A stretch of DNA of 64,000 nucleotides. It comes from Euprymna scolopes (Eukaryota). Of the stretch, positions 37,012 through 50,899 are shown piece after piece. Location of the stretch: the NCBI GenBank assembly GCA_053919585.1, contig CM132807.1. One strand, written 5' to 3'. Position 1 is the stretch's first letter. Every line of letters begins with the position of its first letter. A model generated the notes under the pieces. The model worked only from the letters and a program-made list of their open reading frames with translations, was not told the origin of the DNA and ran no database searches. Both the position numbers and the translations under genes were made by a program.

Positions 37012-39377
37012 TATATATAATTGTACTTACTCTGACGGCAGTTATTTTAAACGTTCATGCTAATGAAATTGTTATATGAAAATTTAAGTTGAAAGTAATT
37101 TCTTGCAATACACAAAAGTGCTAACAATAATTTTGGCATTAGCAGCAATAATTTTAAAGAAGTTTTGAGAGAAACCAGATTGTATACAAGAATGATTGAG
37201 ATAAAACAGAGGATACTAGAATATTTGAGATTACGTTCTCTAACTCACGTTCTAAATCAAACAAACAAATAGTATATGATTGATAGCGACGAGTACNNNN
37301 NNNNNNNNNNNNNNNNNNNNNNNNNNNNNNNNNNNNNNNNNNNNNNNNNNNNNNNNNNNNNNNNNNNNNNNNNNNNNNNNNNNNNNNNNNNNNNNNNNNN
37401 NNNNNNNNNNNNNNNNNNNNNNNNNNNNNNNNNNNNNNNNNNNNNNNNNNNNNNNNNNNNNNNNNNNNNNNNNNNNNNNNNNNNNNNNNNNNNNNNNNNN
37501 NNNNNNNNNNNNNNNNNNNNNNNNNNNNNNNNNNNNNNNNNNNNNNNNNNNNNNNNNNNNNNNNNNNNNNNNNNNNNNNNNNNNNNNNNNNNNNNNNNNN
37601 NNNNNNNNNNNNNNNNNNNNNNNNNNNNNNNNNNNNNNNNNNNNNNNNNNNNNNNNNNNNNNNNNNNNNNNNNNNNNNNNNNNNNNNNNNNNNNNNNNNN
37701 NNNNNNNNNNNNNNNNNNNNNNNNNNNNNNNNNGACGTACACCTGAGAGTTTTTGGTCCCAATAACTACAATTGTTTATTATATTTTGATGCCATTGGAA
37801 TATTCAAAACCTCTATTAAATTATTTTAGAGGTTTTTCTGACATAGCTAAATTATAATATTTCGTTATACATATATAATACTTGTTATTTTTCTTACGGA
37901 GGGTTATCCACAAGTAAAGTGGGGTATTATTTTTACTATCTCTTTTACATACACGTTGATGGTGTGTACAGTCACGCGTAGGTAAATAAGACTACTATTA
38001 CTAAAAGTGGCACCAATCATTCTGTAAATGTCCACCGAAATATAAATAAATATTGGAAAATAGTTGAACCAATACAGATTGAGTAGTTGCAAGACAAATA
38101 CATAGATAGCAAGAAGCTGTATGTTCAGCTAATTGTTAACGACAGCTAATTAAAACATTTACCGCAAAATGTTTTCAATCATAATTCAATGTCAGAAATA
38201 ATGTATATTTAACTATTTCAGCCGTTGTGTTTGTTTGTTTGTACAAACCACTCTCCGCTTATTATATCTCATGAGCCACTTGTAGGGCTATGGAGTTTAA
38301 AAATAAATTGTGAAAAATCAAGAGGTTTATAACGACTGCCGTAACTAATCAGCAATTGAATATTCAAGAGAATGGCTCAACTTGTTTTTACATTGAACAT
38401 TAAAATAGCAATGTCAAACGGCACGTAGTCAAGGTGAACTGTGTTTCATAGGCATACAGTTCTAGAAAAGCAGCAAATGGATTTAGTGACATCTGTTGTA
38501 GCTAAAATACTTTTTGTGAATGTTTTATACACATTAGTGGCACAGAGTAAAGTTTACTCTAATACATACTATGAAAATAACGATAGAAAAAGACAGGTGA
38601 CGCCTCGTTATGAGAAAGAGGCAGTCAAATGGAAAAAAAAAGGGTATTGTTCTCTAAATTTGGAAGTCTGTTCTGTACTCTGTCAAGGCATGAAACTCTG
38701 CTCTGAATGTCGCCTCTTTTATATATGGCAATATCACTGCATCTTACGGTGCATTTAACTTATACAAGTAGTAAATTGTGTTAGAAGCGATATAGTTTTG
38801 GACCAATAGAATGATCCCCAATTTTTTCCAGCAACCTTAGCAATAGATTTACAGAAAGGCTTTCATTTCAGATTTTGGATGAAGCTCAGTCCTAGAAGTT
38901 TACCAAAGCAACATTGGGCATTCTCAATGCGAGAGTCATCCATTTAATTGAGGCAAAATCAGGAGCAGATCTTTAGTGGTAAAATAAATGGAGATTGGTT
39001 CACAAAAGTAATCAACCGCTTTTTAATCGACTGGACGACGTGATGAGGTCAGAACAAAGAATTTAAGAAGTCTTCATTGCATTTCAAAATGTTGCCATAG
39101 TTTAAGTTTTATATCTGTTATAATTTGTTAAGGGTATTAAATACTCTTTACCATGGACGTATCAATCTATTCGACCAATTACGGCATATGACACATTCTT
39201 TTTAAACATGTAATGCAATGAAATTTCTGAGATGAAATATCTTAGCTAATCTAGATAATCATCAATAGACTCTACGATAGAGAAGAACATCAGAAGTTTA
39301 TATGCACTGACTGAGCGGAAGAGATATAAAGTAAAAAAAGAATATTTCGCGGATAAAAAGGTTAATTACTTCATATT

Positions 39378-39436
<59 letters not shown>

Positions 39437-39437
39437 T

Positions 39438-39468
<31 letters not shown>

Positions 39469-40004
39469 TTTAATATGAGAAAAGACAAAAGACAGATAAA
39501 GAATAATTTTAGCCGCGTGTTATATAATATATTGACTAATCGTAAACGAGTTAAAATCAGATGGTACTTGGACTGAATAAACACAAGTAGAAATATAGAT
39601 GGAGAATACAAAGACAGAAATTAAAACGCTGAGACTACGAAGGTAAGTATACATGAGATATATTGTAATCTGACTTTGGTATTTCTACCAGAGAAATAGT
39701 ACTTGATAGTAAAGTGAAACACAAGAATTTATCGAATAGAAAGACTGATGATGAACCGCAGCATCTCGTTATTGAATGGAAAGTTCAGTTAAATTCCAGA
39801 GAAACCAATCCATAACCCACAGAAAAAGTTCACATTTACAATTGTGTCAAGAATTTCAAAATCTATGGAGACATGCTTCCAAGGACACCCAAGAGAAAGT
39901 TACATGTGTTTATACTTGCGATGGATCGCTGATTACGACTGTGGTTAAGACTCAAGGTGAGGGTGATATGAACATATTGATTAAAATCGAAATATAATAA
40001 TAAT

Positions 40005-41306
40005 TCTGATTTCGTTTATCAAGTCTCTCTGGAAAGGGATGGGATTCATTTCCAGAGGATTTTCCTCCATCCCGGCTTCAAACCAGGAGCTTCAAAGATC
40101 AAGGGTTTTCCTAAGAATGTTGGTGGTACTTACAATAGCAGAGGTCTGAAGGCCGCCTAAAACATCAGAGATTTGTAGTTTTTCCATTGTCCTTCCAGAC
40201 GACTTGATACTACTCCTAGTGTACCAACTGCGACCGAGATTATTTGTATTTAAACTCCGTGTATACGCCTTATTTCCAAGGCCAATAGAGCATCCACTTC
40301 TCATTCTCCTTCTCTCTCACATTCCTCACCCAGCGTACTGAAAAGTCTACAATCTGCCAGTTTTGTGATACCTTATCAATGACGTCCAAATCCGGACGAT
40401 TATGTTCCAATTGCTTGGTCTTTATGAGACTTTTGTCCCGCCATACCTCTACCTTGGCATTTTCACTTGTTCTCACTTCATCAGGCACCTCTTCAAACCA
40501 TTTTCCAGCACACTTCCCAATATATCCGGAGTCCCATGCGATCATGTCTTTTGCGGTACTCTCTGTGGGCCATTCCACTACACCTTGCTGCAAGGTGCTT
40601 AATTGACTCTGAGGTCTTACCACAAATGCAGCATTCTGCAGCAATTTCCTCTCTTAGAACCACTTTTTTGAACAATCGTGTTCCTAATGCCTGCTCTTGT
40701 GCTGCATAAACAAAAGCTTCAGTACTCTTAGCCAGATACCCAGCTCTAAGCCATGGCCATGATCTTTCATCAGCCACTTCTGCTATATCCTGGAAGAACC
40801 GTCCATGCATTTTCGTCCTAGCCAGTTCCTCTGCCCTTTCTCTGTCCATACGTTTCACATAATCAGCATTGATCTCACATAACTCCATTTCATTGGCCAC
40901 AACTTTAAGCATCCACTCCTCACGTCTAACCACATGCTTGTTCAACGACATCTCTTCGGTTCTAACACAATCTTGTACACTTTTCAATCCTCTCCCACCG
41001 TCTTTCCTCTTTTGATACAGCCTTGCTACGCTACTTCGAATGTGAAATATACCAAACATTGATATAACTTTTCTTGTTTTGATATCCATTGCATGCAAAT
41101 CCTTGTCAGACCATTCTAAAACTCCCGCACTGTATCTCAAAACACTGAATGACTATGCATTCAGTGCTTTCATTATATTTTCTCCATACAGTTTTGACTT
41201 TCACTCTTCTGAGATACTTCTTCTTGACTTCCTCCTTCATTTCTCTGTTCATGATTCCCACACACTCCAACACTCCCAAATACTTATACTCTGTATCTGC
41301 TATTTC
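40005..41306 (-). mobile_element. Second (duplicated) copy of the R4/Dong-like element
   Basis: Translations of ORFs 40092-40304, 40270-40644 and 40493-41140 are identical to those of copy 1. Confidence 0.9.
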
Positions 41307-41359
41307 TAATAATAATGAACGTAGTCGTATAAAGACTTTATCAATGGTGTGATGATTAC

Positions 41360-41411
<52 letters not shown>

Positions 41412-44400
41412 GAGTTCATTATATTTTATTTGATAGCTGACTGTTTATGCCCCACGTCAAATGTTCATATTCTCTATGGTACTCACCTATTTGGAGTTGT
41501 TCTGCCTTTCAGATATCAAATATATATGACTATCTGCGAAGCCATGTTATTCTCATAACCAGATTATCAGTTTGTCGATGAGTGCAACTGCAATTCGTAT
41601 AATAACAGGATCAGTTGTGTTTTAGTTCTCGAGATCCGCCATGTTCGGTTTAGTCCCTTGTCACAAGGTAACAATATGTACTGATAATATTGCATAGAAA
41701 AGATTGATATCCATTGAAATAAACTTTAGATACATGCAATGTTACTGAAGTAAAACGAACTAGAGATGCGTCCGCAAATACAGAATGTTTACTCAATTTT
41801 TTAGAGATTTGCGTTTTAGACAAGAGATATCAGTTCCATCACTGACTTAACCAACTAAAATTCTGTTCGTTTATTCGAGCGATTTTCGCGGCAAAACTAA
41901 CCAATGTTCGATCAGAAGAAATGGAATTATAGTATAGGCAATACTTGACCTACTATAAACTGCTTATCTGGCAAGTACACTTTCAGCAGTTGGCCTTTGT
42001 CTCTTCGGTTAACCGACGAGTTTTATATGTACTACAGTAATGTAAACAAAATTAGTTTCAAATTTAAAATATGACTATATGTTTCGTAGATATGAATGAT
42101 TTTTTTAGTTTAGCTAAAAACTTGAGTCTTGAATGTTTCCCTCTTGTCTCTTTATCATATTTTGGTGTGCCACGCACTAAATTAGGTGCTCAACTAAATC
42201 TATAAAGAAATGATTGAGAAGCGATTACAGAAAATCGGTTTTGTTACTACTATTTGGGTTAGCATTTACGAAAATATTGCATGATGGAAATGGTGCCTGA
42301 TGCATTGTAGGACTTCGACGATGATAAAAACTGTTTTCGACGTTTTTTTTTTTTTTGCTCGTTTAGGCTTTTAAGAGAAAAGACGCCATTTGTCTTGCCC
42401 TTAGAGCGAGAGAAATACGTTTTTAATATTTCGTCTTGATAAATCACAGTGCGAAGACATTAAGCCTTCTAATGTTTAATGGATGAAAGATGAAACAAAA
42501 AAAAACAACAGATGATTGATGGAAACCGTTATGGGTTTTCGCCGGGCGTCTGCGTACAAATGGGGAGGCGGGCTCTTTAGTAAACACTAACATCCATTGC
42601 AAATGATGGGTATGTATGGCGTCTATCTTATAGCTGATCCATTTTGAATATTTCTATAGGTTAAACACTGAAATCGATCTCAGAGAAGACACGCTGTGAT
42701 TATCTACTTAAATTGCCCCATCAGATGATAACATAACGCCATAATCAATAACAGGCTTTTCATTGTTTTTTTCAGTGGGATCTTTAATAACTTTTGAATA
42801 TTTTTTCTATTCTGATCTATCAGTGGATATTTTTATTTGTATAACGGGCATTTTATTTCTATCTATCTACTTTTACTGCATCTAGCTTTTTTCAATTGTA
42901 TCTGAATTGACTTAAATCTATGTCTTGTTTTACATTTATCTTAATGAGTTTTTTTAATTGTATCTTAGAGTTGGCTTTCCAATTGAATTCATGAGAGGGT
43001 TTTTAATTGTTTTTATGGGCGTTTTTAACGTTTTTTTATAAATATGCTTTATAAGTGTATCTATATGTGTTTTTTTATGAGTGCTTTGTGCGATTGTTTG
43101 TATAGCTGTGCGTTTTCATTGTATTCATTCCCGGATTTTTTAATTGTATCTAGGACTGAGTTTTCGGGTTGTATTTATGAATTGGTTTTCTTCTGTCTGT
43201 ATTTTTATTGTTAACAGTATTTTACTGTTCGCAATTTTTCTATTAAAATTATTTTAGAGTGCATTCCTTGGATATAGAACTTAAGAATGTTAATATATTT
43301 TGGTAGAAGTCGTTCCACAGTTTAGTACTATTTTAGAAGCACTACATTTTAAATGATCAAACTTCATAATTTTGTAGTCATGTTTACTATTTGCTGTTTA
43401 CATGAAAAAAGTCATTTTGTTCATGTATCAAATAGTGCATTATTTTACTGAAAACCGTTCAGATGAATATCCAAGTGGGCCATGATGCAAATAAAGATAA
43501 ACTGAAATGGCAACAGATAAAACAAACAACAATACAGCCAACGAGACACACGTGATCAGCTCAAAAGTAGGACACTTAGTATGGAATACAGCAGCCCCCA
43601 AAACATCTAAATTGAGACATGGATATTTGAAATTTTAGTTCTTCCATATAATCTTCTCATCTGCATATATGAGCAAAAATGATGTTCTTAATTACGTGAG
43701 GAAACATTCAGTGAGCGTATATACACTCGTTTTTATTTAAGAATATCATAAATGTTTATTAAATGGAAGAAAAATATCTGTTTGAACTCGTGCTTTCCAC
43801 GAGTAAATTAAATGAAATTCCACCGCTGTCGAAAAACTAACTGCCGCCTGGTTTAAAACTCGTCATTTTCATAACAGTCTGTGTCCTTTCATGTAAATCA
43901 ATGCCTATGTATATTACTGAGACTTCTAGAAATGAAGATCCTTTCTTTCTTTTTCATTCCTTCATTTCGCCACTAGACAGGAAAAAGAGAGGCGCATCTC
44001 TTTGTGTAAGTCATTTTCTTTATTCTTTTCACCATGTAATCAATTTGTCTAAGGTTCTTGTTCAATTCCGCTAAGTGCAGGTTGTCATATTTGGGAAGCA
44101 TAATTCATGCTACGAACAGTCATATTTTAAAGGTTCACTGATGACTTTGTTGTTATTTTTCAAATTCAACGTTTGTTTTCTTAAATCTACATTTTAAGAT
44201 TCTTATCTTTCGAATTCCTAGAGAGATAAATGTCCGCATCGATTAATTAACGTTCCTCTATTCTTCTTCGTAGGTATCGTTAATTTAATTTACTTGCTCA
44301 ATCTAGAAAACAGAGCAATCCAAAGAAATTTCACTTCTGCCCCAAAATAGTTTAAATTCTGAGTCTAGCTAGATTTAATGAAAAGAACGTTATGTTTTTG

Positions 44401-44949
44401 GTCAAGGATAAAACAGATCGGCTAAATGAAGGTACGGATATGTAAAAATTATAAGACATTTGATCGGATTGTCCCAAGTTAAACGTACTAGTATGATATA
44501 CTATATTGTGTAGAAAACTATAAACCAAAGGTAGATGTGATTATCAAGAATCGAGAAGGTAAATGTATTTCAGCAGGCTGCATGAAAGGGCTTAACTTTC
44601 GAACAATTAGGCAGCTGTATTTACATGTTCGAACAAATGGGATGCATAAATTAATGCGTGTATGCGTATGAAGTGATATAAATTATTAATTAGTGATATC
44701 AGCCCTGACAAAAAGTATTTAAATAAGTACAATTATAAAATTACTTATTTTCAGAGTCATTTTATTTCGATTTGTAATTTTCAAACTCATTCAAGATTTA
44801 TTGTATATATAATTAATTTTAAAGTTAAATAAAATATATTGTGTTTTACATATGGATATTTGCGATCTACGTGTTTGTGATAAAACTAAGAGCAATAACG
44901 ATTAAATGTAAATAATTGAAAAGAGCATAAGTAGAAAATAATACACATG

Positions 44950-45018
<69 letters not shown>

Positions 45019-45999
45019 CTTCCTTTTTCAAATGGCAACTCTTTTTAAGGTAAAAGTAAAACTACATTTCTTTTTATTTCTATTTTGGGACATTTGAACA
45101 AAATTAAAAATGGCTACTTTTTACATACTCAAATTTTAAGATCCAAATTACGTCTGTTTTTATTATGTATAACTAAATATGAAAATGCATATTTTTTAAA
45201 CAGAATTAAAAATGAGCCAAAAAGGTTTTCCCATTATATAAAAGATAGGGTGTGTTGCAATATTTTTGACTCGTAATAGGGTATGGTCTCTAACAATTTA
45301 GAGAGTATATTTATGAACGCTGCTGATAGGAACTGACTAATCCAAATAATTAATTCACGTTCTTCAATCAACCGATCACAAACTTAATTGCTCCATAAAA
45401 ATTAAACCTTTTTAGCAACGTTGCATATGTTTTCTTCGTGTCAACACGAGAAGGATATTTTGCTCTTTGGCTGCAAAATTATAAAGTCCAGGACCTGTCC
45501 AAAACAGCCGTCTACTGAGAATTTCATCTCCAGAATTGTATAGAACAACTACCCATCGGAAACTCTTCTGAAAATAAAGATGGGTTACAACTCAAAATAT
45601 CACTGATGCTTTGTGAAAAGTAAAGATCAAATATAGATGCTTTAAAAATAAGTTAAATATAAAATGCTGATATGAGAAAATAAGTGTACATATTACTTGT
45701 ATATTTTAAAGACATTTTAATTAAATCTTCAGATCAGTCAAAAAAGGAGCTTTTTATTTTAATCACATATTCATTAAATAAATTCAGAAAAAATTATTGT
45801 TTTATTTGTTAATGCAGCCATCCTTACATCGATTTACAAAAGGAAATTAACAGCAGAAAATTTGCATAAATGAACAAGTATATTTAATGAAAAATAAAAC
45901 ATAAAAATATATGTATATCTTTTTGAATCAATGTTGCTTTAATAAACCATAGTTATTCTCCTCCACTTAAAAAGAATCTCCTTTAATCATTTATTTCTG

Positions 46000-46061
<62 letters not shown>

Positions 46062-46437
46062 GACAGAATATAATAAGCTTCCTATGCCTTCTAATTATAA
46101 AACTTTCCTTCCATTATCTATATGTTACGCTTTTCGTACATCACCTTATCAATAATGCTCATAAACAGCTTCTTAAAATACGTCCTACATGATGTTACTA
46201 TTCTATAGAAAGCATTGGAACTCCATACGGATCACTTAATACAAAAGAACATACTTCCATTAATTTGCGAAACTCAGATAAGCTTTAGCAGGGAAATAAG
46301 GCGCATAATTTATTTTTTTATTATTAAAAAGAATATTTAATATTTTTTAGTTTGCATTTCTTTTAAAACTGGGAAACACTGTGATACAGAACCTGTTATT
46401 TAAAAAATTAAAAATACATATATATATATGTATGTGT

Positions 46438-46487
<50 letters not shown>
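44950..46487. repeat. Cluster of (CA)n/(TA)n microsatellites at ~44950-45015, ~46002-46061 and ~46418-46487
   Basis: Directly visible. Confidence 0.9.
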
Positions 46488-46489
<2 letters not shown>

Positions 46490-46729
46490 TAGTAGTGAGA
46501 CCCGACGTTGTCTTGGATTGAATGAGGATCAACAAATGCTCAACACTCTCATACTTATCTATCCACTGCGCCAGGGTTCCCGAAAAGCGATCAAGCTTTG
46601 TTTTTTTTTGTTCTCATAATCCATGGTTTTGTTGTTATCTGATTTTCTATTGTCAGGTCTGTACCGAATCGCACATATTATTTATTTATTGGAATTATTT
46701 TAGATAAGTAATTTGTATATTTTACTTAT

Positions 46730-46800
46730 TTATTTTCGGACTATTATCTCCATCTTTATATTTATTGTTTTACGACGTTTCGGACAACTGTTGTATATTG
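46730..46800 (-). mobile_element. Possible Penelope-like terminal repeat fragment
   Basis: Minus strand CCGAAACGTCGTAAAACAATAAATATAAAGATGGAGATAATAGTCCGAAAA resembles the CGAAACG...AATAAA 3' part of Penelope pseudo-LTRs. Recognised from memory only. Confidence 0.35.
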
Positions 46801-46859
46801 GAGAGAAACGTTGAATCTTTACAGTTCCAGATGACCATTGTCTGAAGATGTAACGTGCA

Positions 46860-47250
46860 TTCAGGAGATAAGCGCCCGCGTGTTTGCGTGTTGTGTGGGT
46901 ACGTGGGAGAGACGGACGAGGGGAAAAGACTTACCTCGAGACTAGCTCAGCGTTACCGACCAAAAATAGAAAAGAAAGACCAAGATGGCGGCCGCCGTCT
47001 TTTGTAAAGTATGATGTCTCGCAAAGTCACACGAATTCTCGCAATATGCAAATTTAGCCGGCCTAGAACGACGATAAAAGCGGGTGATGAAAAAGACGTT
47101 GGGAGAGCGACGATTGACTTTCCGTACACATTTTTGTTACAGAAGATACGGTTTCAATCCTACCCAAAGAAAACAAAATGCCGCGTAGTGTGCGTGTTCT
47201 CTCATATCTTAGGTTTGTGAGCTAACGCGGCATCGCCTACGCCAAGAGGA
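46860..47250. promoter_or_regulatory. CpG-rich candidate promoter / first-exon region with YY1-type sites
   Basis: Perfect YY1 consensus CAAGATGGCGGC at 46981-46992 within near-palindrome AAGATGGCGGCCGCCGTCTT; minus-strand donor GAG/GTAAGT at 46935/46934; plus-strand ATGGCG start with donor AAA/GTATGA at 47008/47009; TCTCGC twice (47017, 47037). Confidence 0.5.
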
Positions 47251-47489
47251 CATAGATGTTGATATGCTGTAAATTTAGCTTTTTAAGACAGAAGTATGAA
47301 ATGATCGTTGGTGCATGCGCAGTTTGCAAACAACCTCAAAAGCAAAGTTTTCTTCTGATCCCCTTTTATACAGAGCGACATTTCCACTTTTCTGATAATA
47401 TGTGTCCTTAGATGGCTATTTCTAACGATATTACGTTTGTGAAGCTTCGATGCGGATGATTAATATGTGTTGCCGACATAAAAACACAA

Positions 47490-47945
47490 ACACATACTAA
47501 CGCGCATATATTTATCCTTTATATAATAGACTAGCGTTGGTGCCCGGCATTACTCGGTCGTAAAAAAAATTATGACAGTGGAGAGGAGGGCGTTGGCAGG
47601 TCGTAAAATCCACTTAAATACGATAAATTGTGACAACAGGACGGGGGTGGCGTGCCCGGTCGGTAAAAGAACAAAACTTAGGGTCTATCAGCTAAAAGTG
47701 AAACCGAAAGCAAAGTTTTGTAAGCAAAAATAAAAGGAAAAAATGCTGCGTACTCGCATTACTTTACTTTGAAAGTGAACACGTTATCAATTGACCCACG
47801 AAGACACAGATGTTATCACGTTTAAAATTTAGTTATTTAGAACAAAAAAAAAGACAGTTCGCGCATGCGCCGTTTGCAAACAGCGTCGAAAGCAAGGTTT
47901 TTATTTGACCCCCCTTTAGACAAACCGACATTTCTATACGAATAA
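47490..47945 (+). mobile_element. Helentron/DINE-like non-autonomous element fragment
   Basis: Begins ACTAGCGTTGGTGCCCGGCATTACTCGG after a TA-rich run (similar start at ~46488); an ~80-bp block at 47856-47937 is repeated at 47307-47387. Confidence 0.4.
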
Positions 47946-50899
47946 ATTGGTGATTTTTCAGGTTTCGATCGCTTTTATTCTCTTAAGTAGATGTACACAC
48001 TAAAAGTAGACATGATACGAAAAGCGTTCGTCTATATTTTAATTGATATATTTTTAATGGAACGAGCAGTAATGTACAATTAATATAAACAATGCTGTTC
48101 TGAAATCTTTACATAATTAAAAATATAAAGTTTTAAAAACAAGAGTTAAGGAGTGAGAGCAGAAAAGTGTGGTCTAATTTGAAATGAAGAAAACTCTGAA
48201 CGTATTGTAAAAATATTTGACTTTTACATTTTGTATCTATTGGTTTTGGTTGAAAGGCAAACAAAAGAACATGGTTATTTATACATAAAAAATAGATAGA
48301 AAAAGTGGAGTTTCGAAATAATTGTAGACATTCAACTCAGAAAAGGCAAATCAAGATATTTTAATCATCTTGTTGTACTGCAATATTTGCCGAATGGCAA
48401 TAGGCACCAATTCATCAATTAGTGGCAAAATTCATTAACCTTGAATATAACTTTTAATTAAAAGTCTAGAATGAAAACCGAAAAGTAAATTAAATTGCCC
48501 TTGCTGAAACTTTGAAATCATCTCACCTAGAGCAATCACAATTGACTAGTTTGTTTTGAAAAATGTTAAGAATAAATTACAACTGACGTCTATTTCTTTA
48601 TATTCTGTTCTTGCAGTATTTCTCAAATAACTTTCTTTGCATGAACCTAAATACACGAATAATTAAATTTATGAAAATGATGGGAGAGGGATGTACGACG
48701 CATTGTCATGTTGGGTTTAACGCTTGTATTATATTGGGAGAGTTACCCCATGCAATATAAAACACACATACGACTGCTGTCGACGAGATACCTGGACTAC
48801 GTCTAAGTCCTATACAGAGGATTGCACAGGGAATTCCACTATTTCTGAAATAAGTCTAATTTGCCTTCAATGAGAAGTGATTGTCAATCATTTGTTATAT
48901 AATTTTAAAAGGTACATTCAAGATTATGTAAATAAAAATCTCTTAATATTATATTTTAAAAAAATAAATAGTAAATCTTTATATTGGGAAATCAAGTTGG
49001 GATATGAGGTTATTTAATTTCACAACTATATTAAAATGTATTCTAAGCAGGTCTGTCATAAGAACAAAAATAAAAGCAACTAAAATCAAGAACAATTAAC
49101 AGATTTATAAAACGTTGTAATATATAAGTAATAGAACATAAAATATATTTGTGTCCACTTTTCATTTAAAGATAAGAAAATAGATATTCGAAGAAAAGAA
49201 ATCTATTTTTATATTTTTAACCATCGGCCAACGGCAGAGAATTATTGATCATCTACGCTTTTTGTTCTAAATTAAGAGGAACAACCTATAACAGTTTTAC
49301 CTGAAATACCGATTCCAAAATTCATTTGCGTACATGTCAGTTGATACCTTAAACCAAATGCATGTGCTTTTTTCCCAACTATCAGTTTCTTCCTACTGTT
49401 TCTTTTTTTACTTTATTTTATTATTTCAAATTTGGCGTAGAACATTTCAATAAACAATTCGACGCTTTGATTTTATCCCAAATATATCAACATAAAATCG
49501 CTTTTCATACATTTGTAAATAAATTTCGAAAACGCCAGAGCAGTATTTTTTGCGTGAAGACTGATGGAGTGAATGCTCATAGTTGTGTCTGGAAGTATTA
49601 ATAATTAAACGTGTTGGATGTGCATTGGCACTATGATCCGATAGAATATTATTATACGATCAGAATACAATAATAAATCAAAAACCAAGAAACTTCATCC
49701 CCTCCCCAATTTAATAGCCATCCCCTAATTTATATATTTGACATTGCTTTTTTTTCAGTTAATCACGTTTAGCATAGGCTAGATCTCTCTCGTGTCCAAG
49801 TTATCGTAAAATAAGAATACACAGAAGGTATGTGTATGTGTTTTCACCATGGATATGGATGCGGTTTTGTGTGTGAAAGAATGTTTGTGTGTGAGAGAGC
49901 GAGGTACGCGTTTTAACGTCGTAACTGAAGATGGTTTAGCTGACTCTTAAGAAAATAAATATAAATGTCGTGCAAATCTTGAATCAATCCACGTTAATTA
50001 AATTTACTGTCTGGTTCTTTTCACAGATATCGAATGATGAAAAATAAAAAATATTTAAAAATTTCCACATGATCTTTGTTTTGTTTATTATGTTGTCTTT
50101 AAATAAAATTACAATTTAATTTTGTTTTTCTTTCATACTTTATTCAATATTTCACAATTATATATTCTCTATGTTTAATAAATGGACTGGTATGCGCTTA
50201 ACAAAAAGACGTTGGTATTAAATTATTGATTTCACTAATGATTTTTGAAGGAATAAAAAGTATATATAACTTAATAAGATAGTTTAAGTTATTATTTCTT
50301 GGAATAATCACTTTTTATTTAGTTTGTCTAAAGTCCGATTAAAATAACAATTTAAACTAATTTTTTCGGGCTTCATCTTTTAGTTATTTTGTGTCGTAAT
50401 ATATCAACTCAATAGCATGAAATAAAAGAAAACTTTTAAAATCCGATCTAGAAAAATCATTCACTTACAAAATTGTTTATTCTCATTTAGGTTTCATTTT
50501 TAACAAATGAGTTTTACATTTGTTAATAGTTTAATAAATAATTAATTATTTCGCGAACGTTACACATACGAAAATAACCTTTGCAGTGATTTTAGATTTT
50601 AAAATTTCCAGCTAATATCTAATCTAATCGTTTTGTCTATTGCGGATGTAATAGTCAAAAACACATTATATTGAAGTTCTATATCTTACTTAAAAATACA
50701 TATTTCACAACACATAAAGTGTGAATTAAAAACACTTCTGGACAACATCGGGTAGCAAACACCAACAGATAAACATGAAAAATATATTGCAAATGAATTT
50801 TTAAAAATCCGTCTTGATAATAGTATTGCCTCTTTACATTTTTTAATGATTGTGACACCGCTTATCAACACCCAAACCCACTGGAAAATAACTATTAAT

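Larger units (their letters stand above)
29164..43693 (+). repeat. Head-to-tail tandem duplication: copy 1 29164-36436, copy 2 36437-43690
   Basis: All ORFs and sequence recur at offsets of 7273 to about 7250; junction ...GTTCTTA-ATT-GGAATTTTC with ATT microhomology. Confidence 0.97.
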
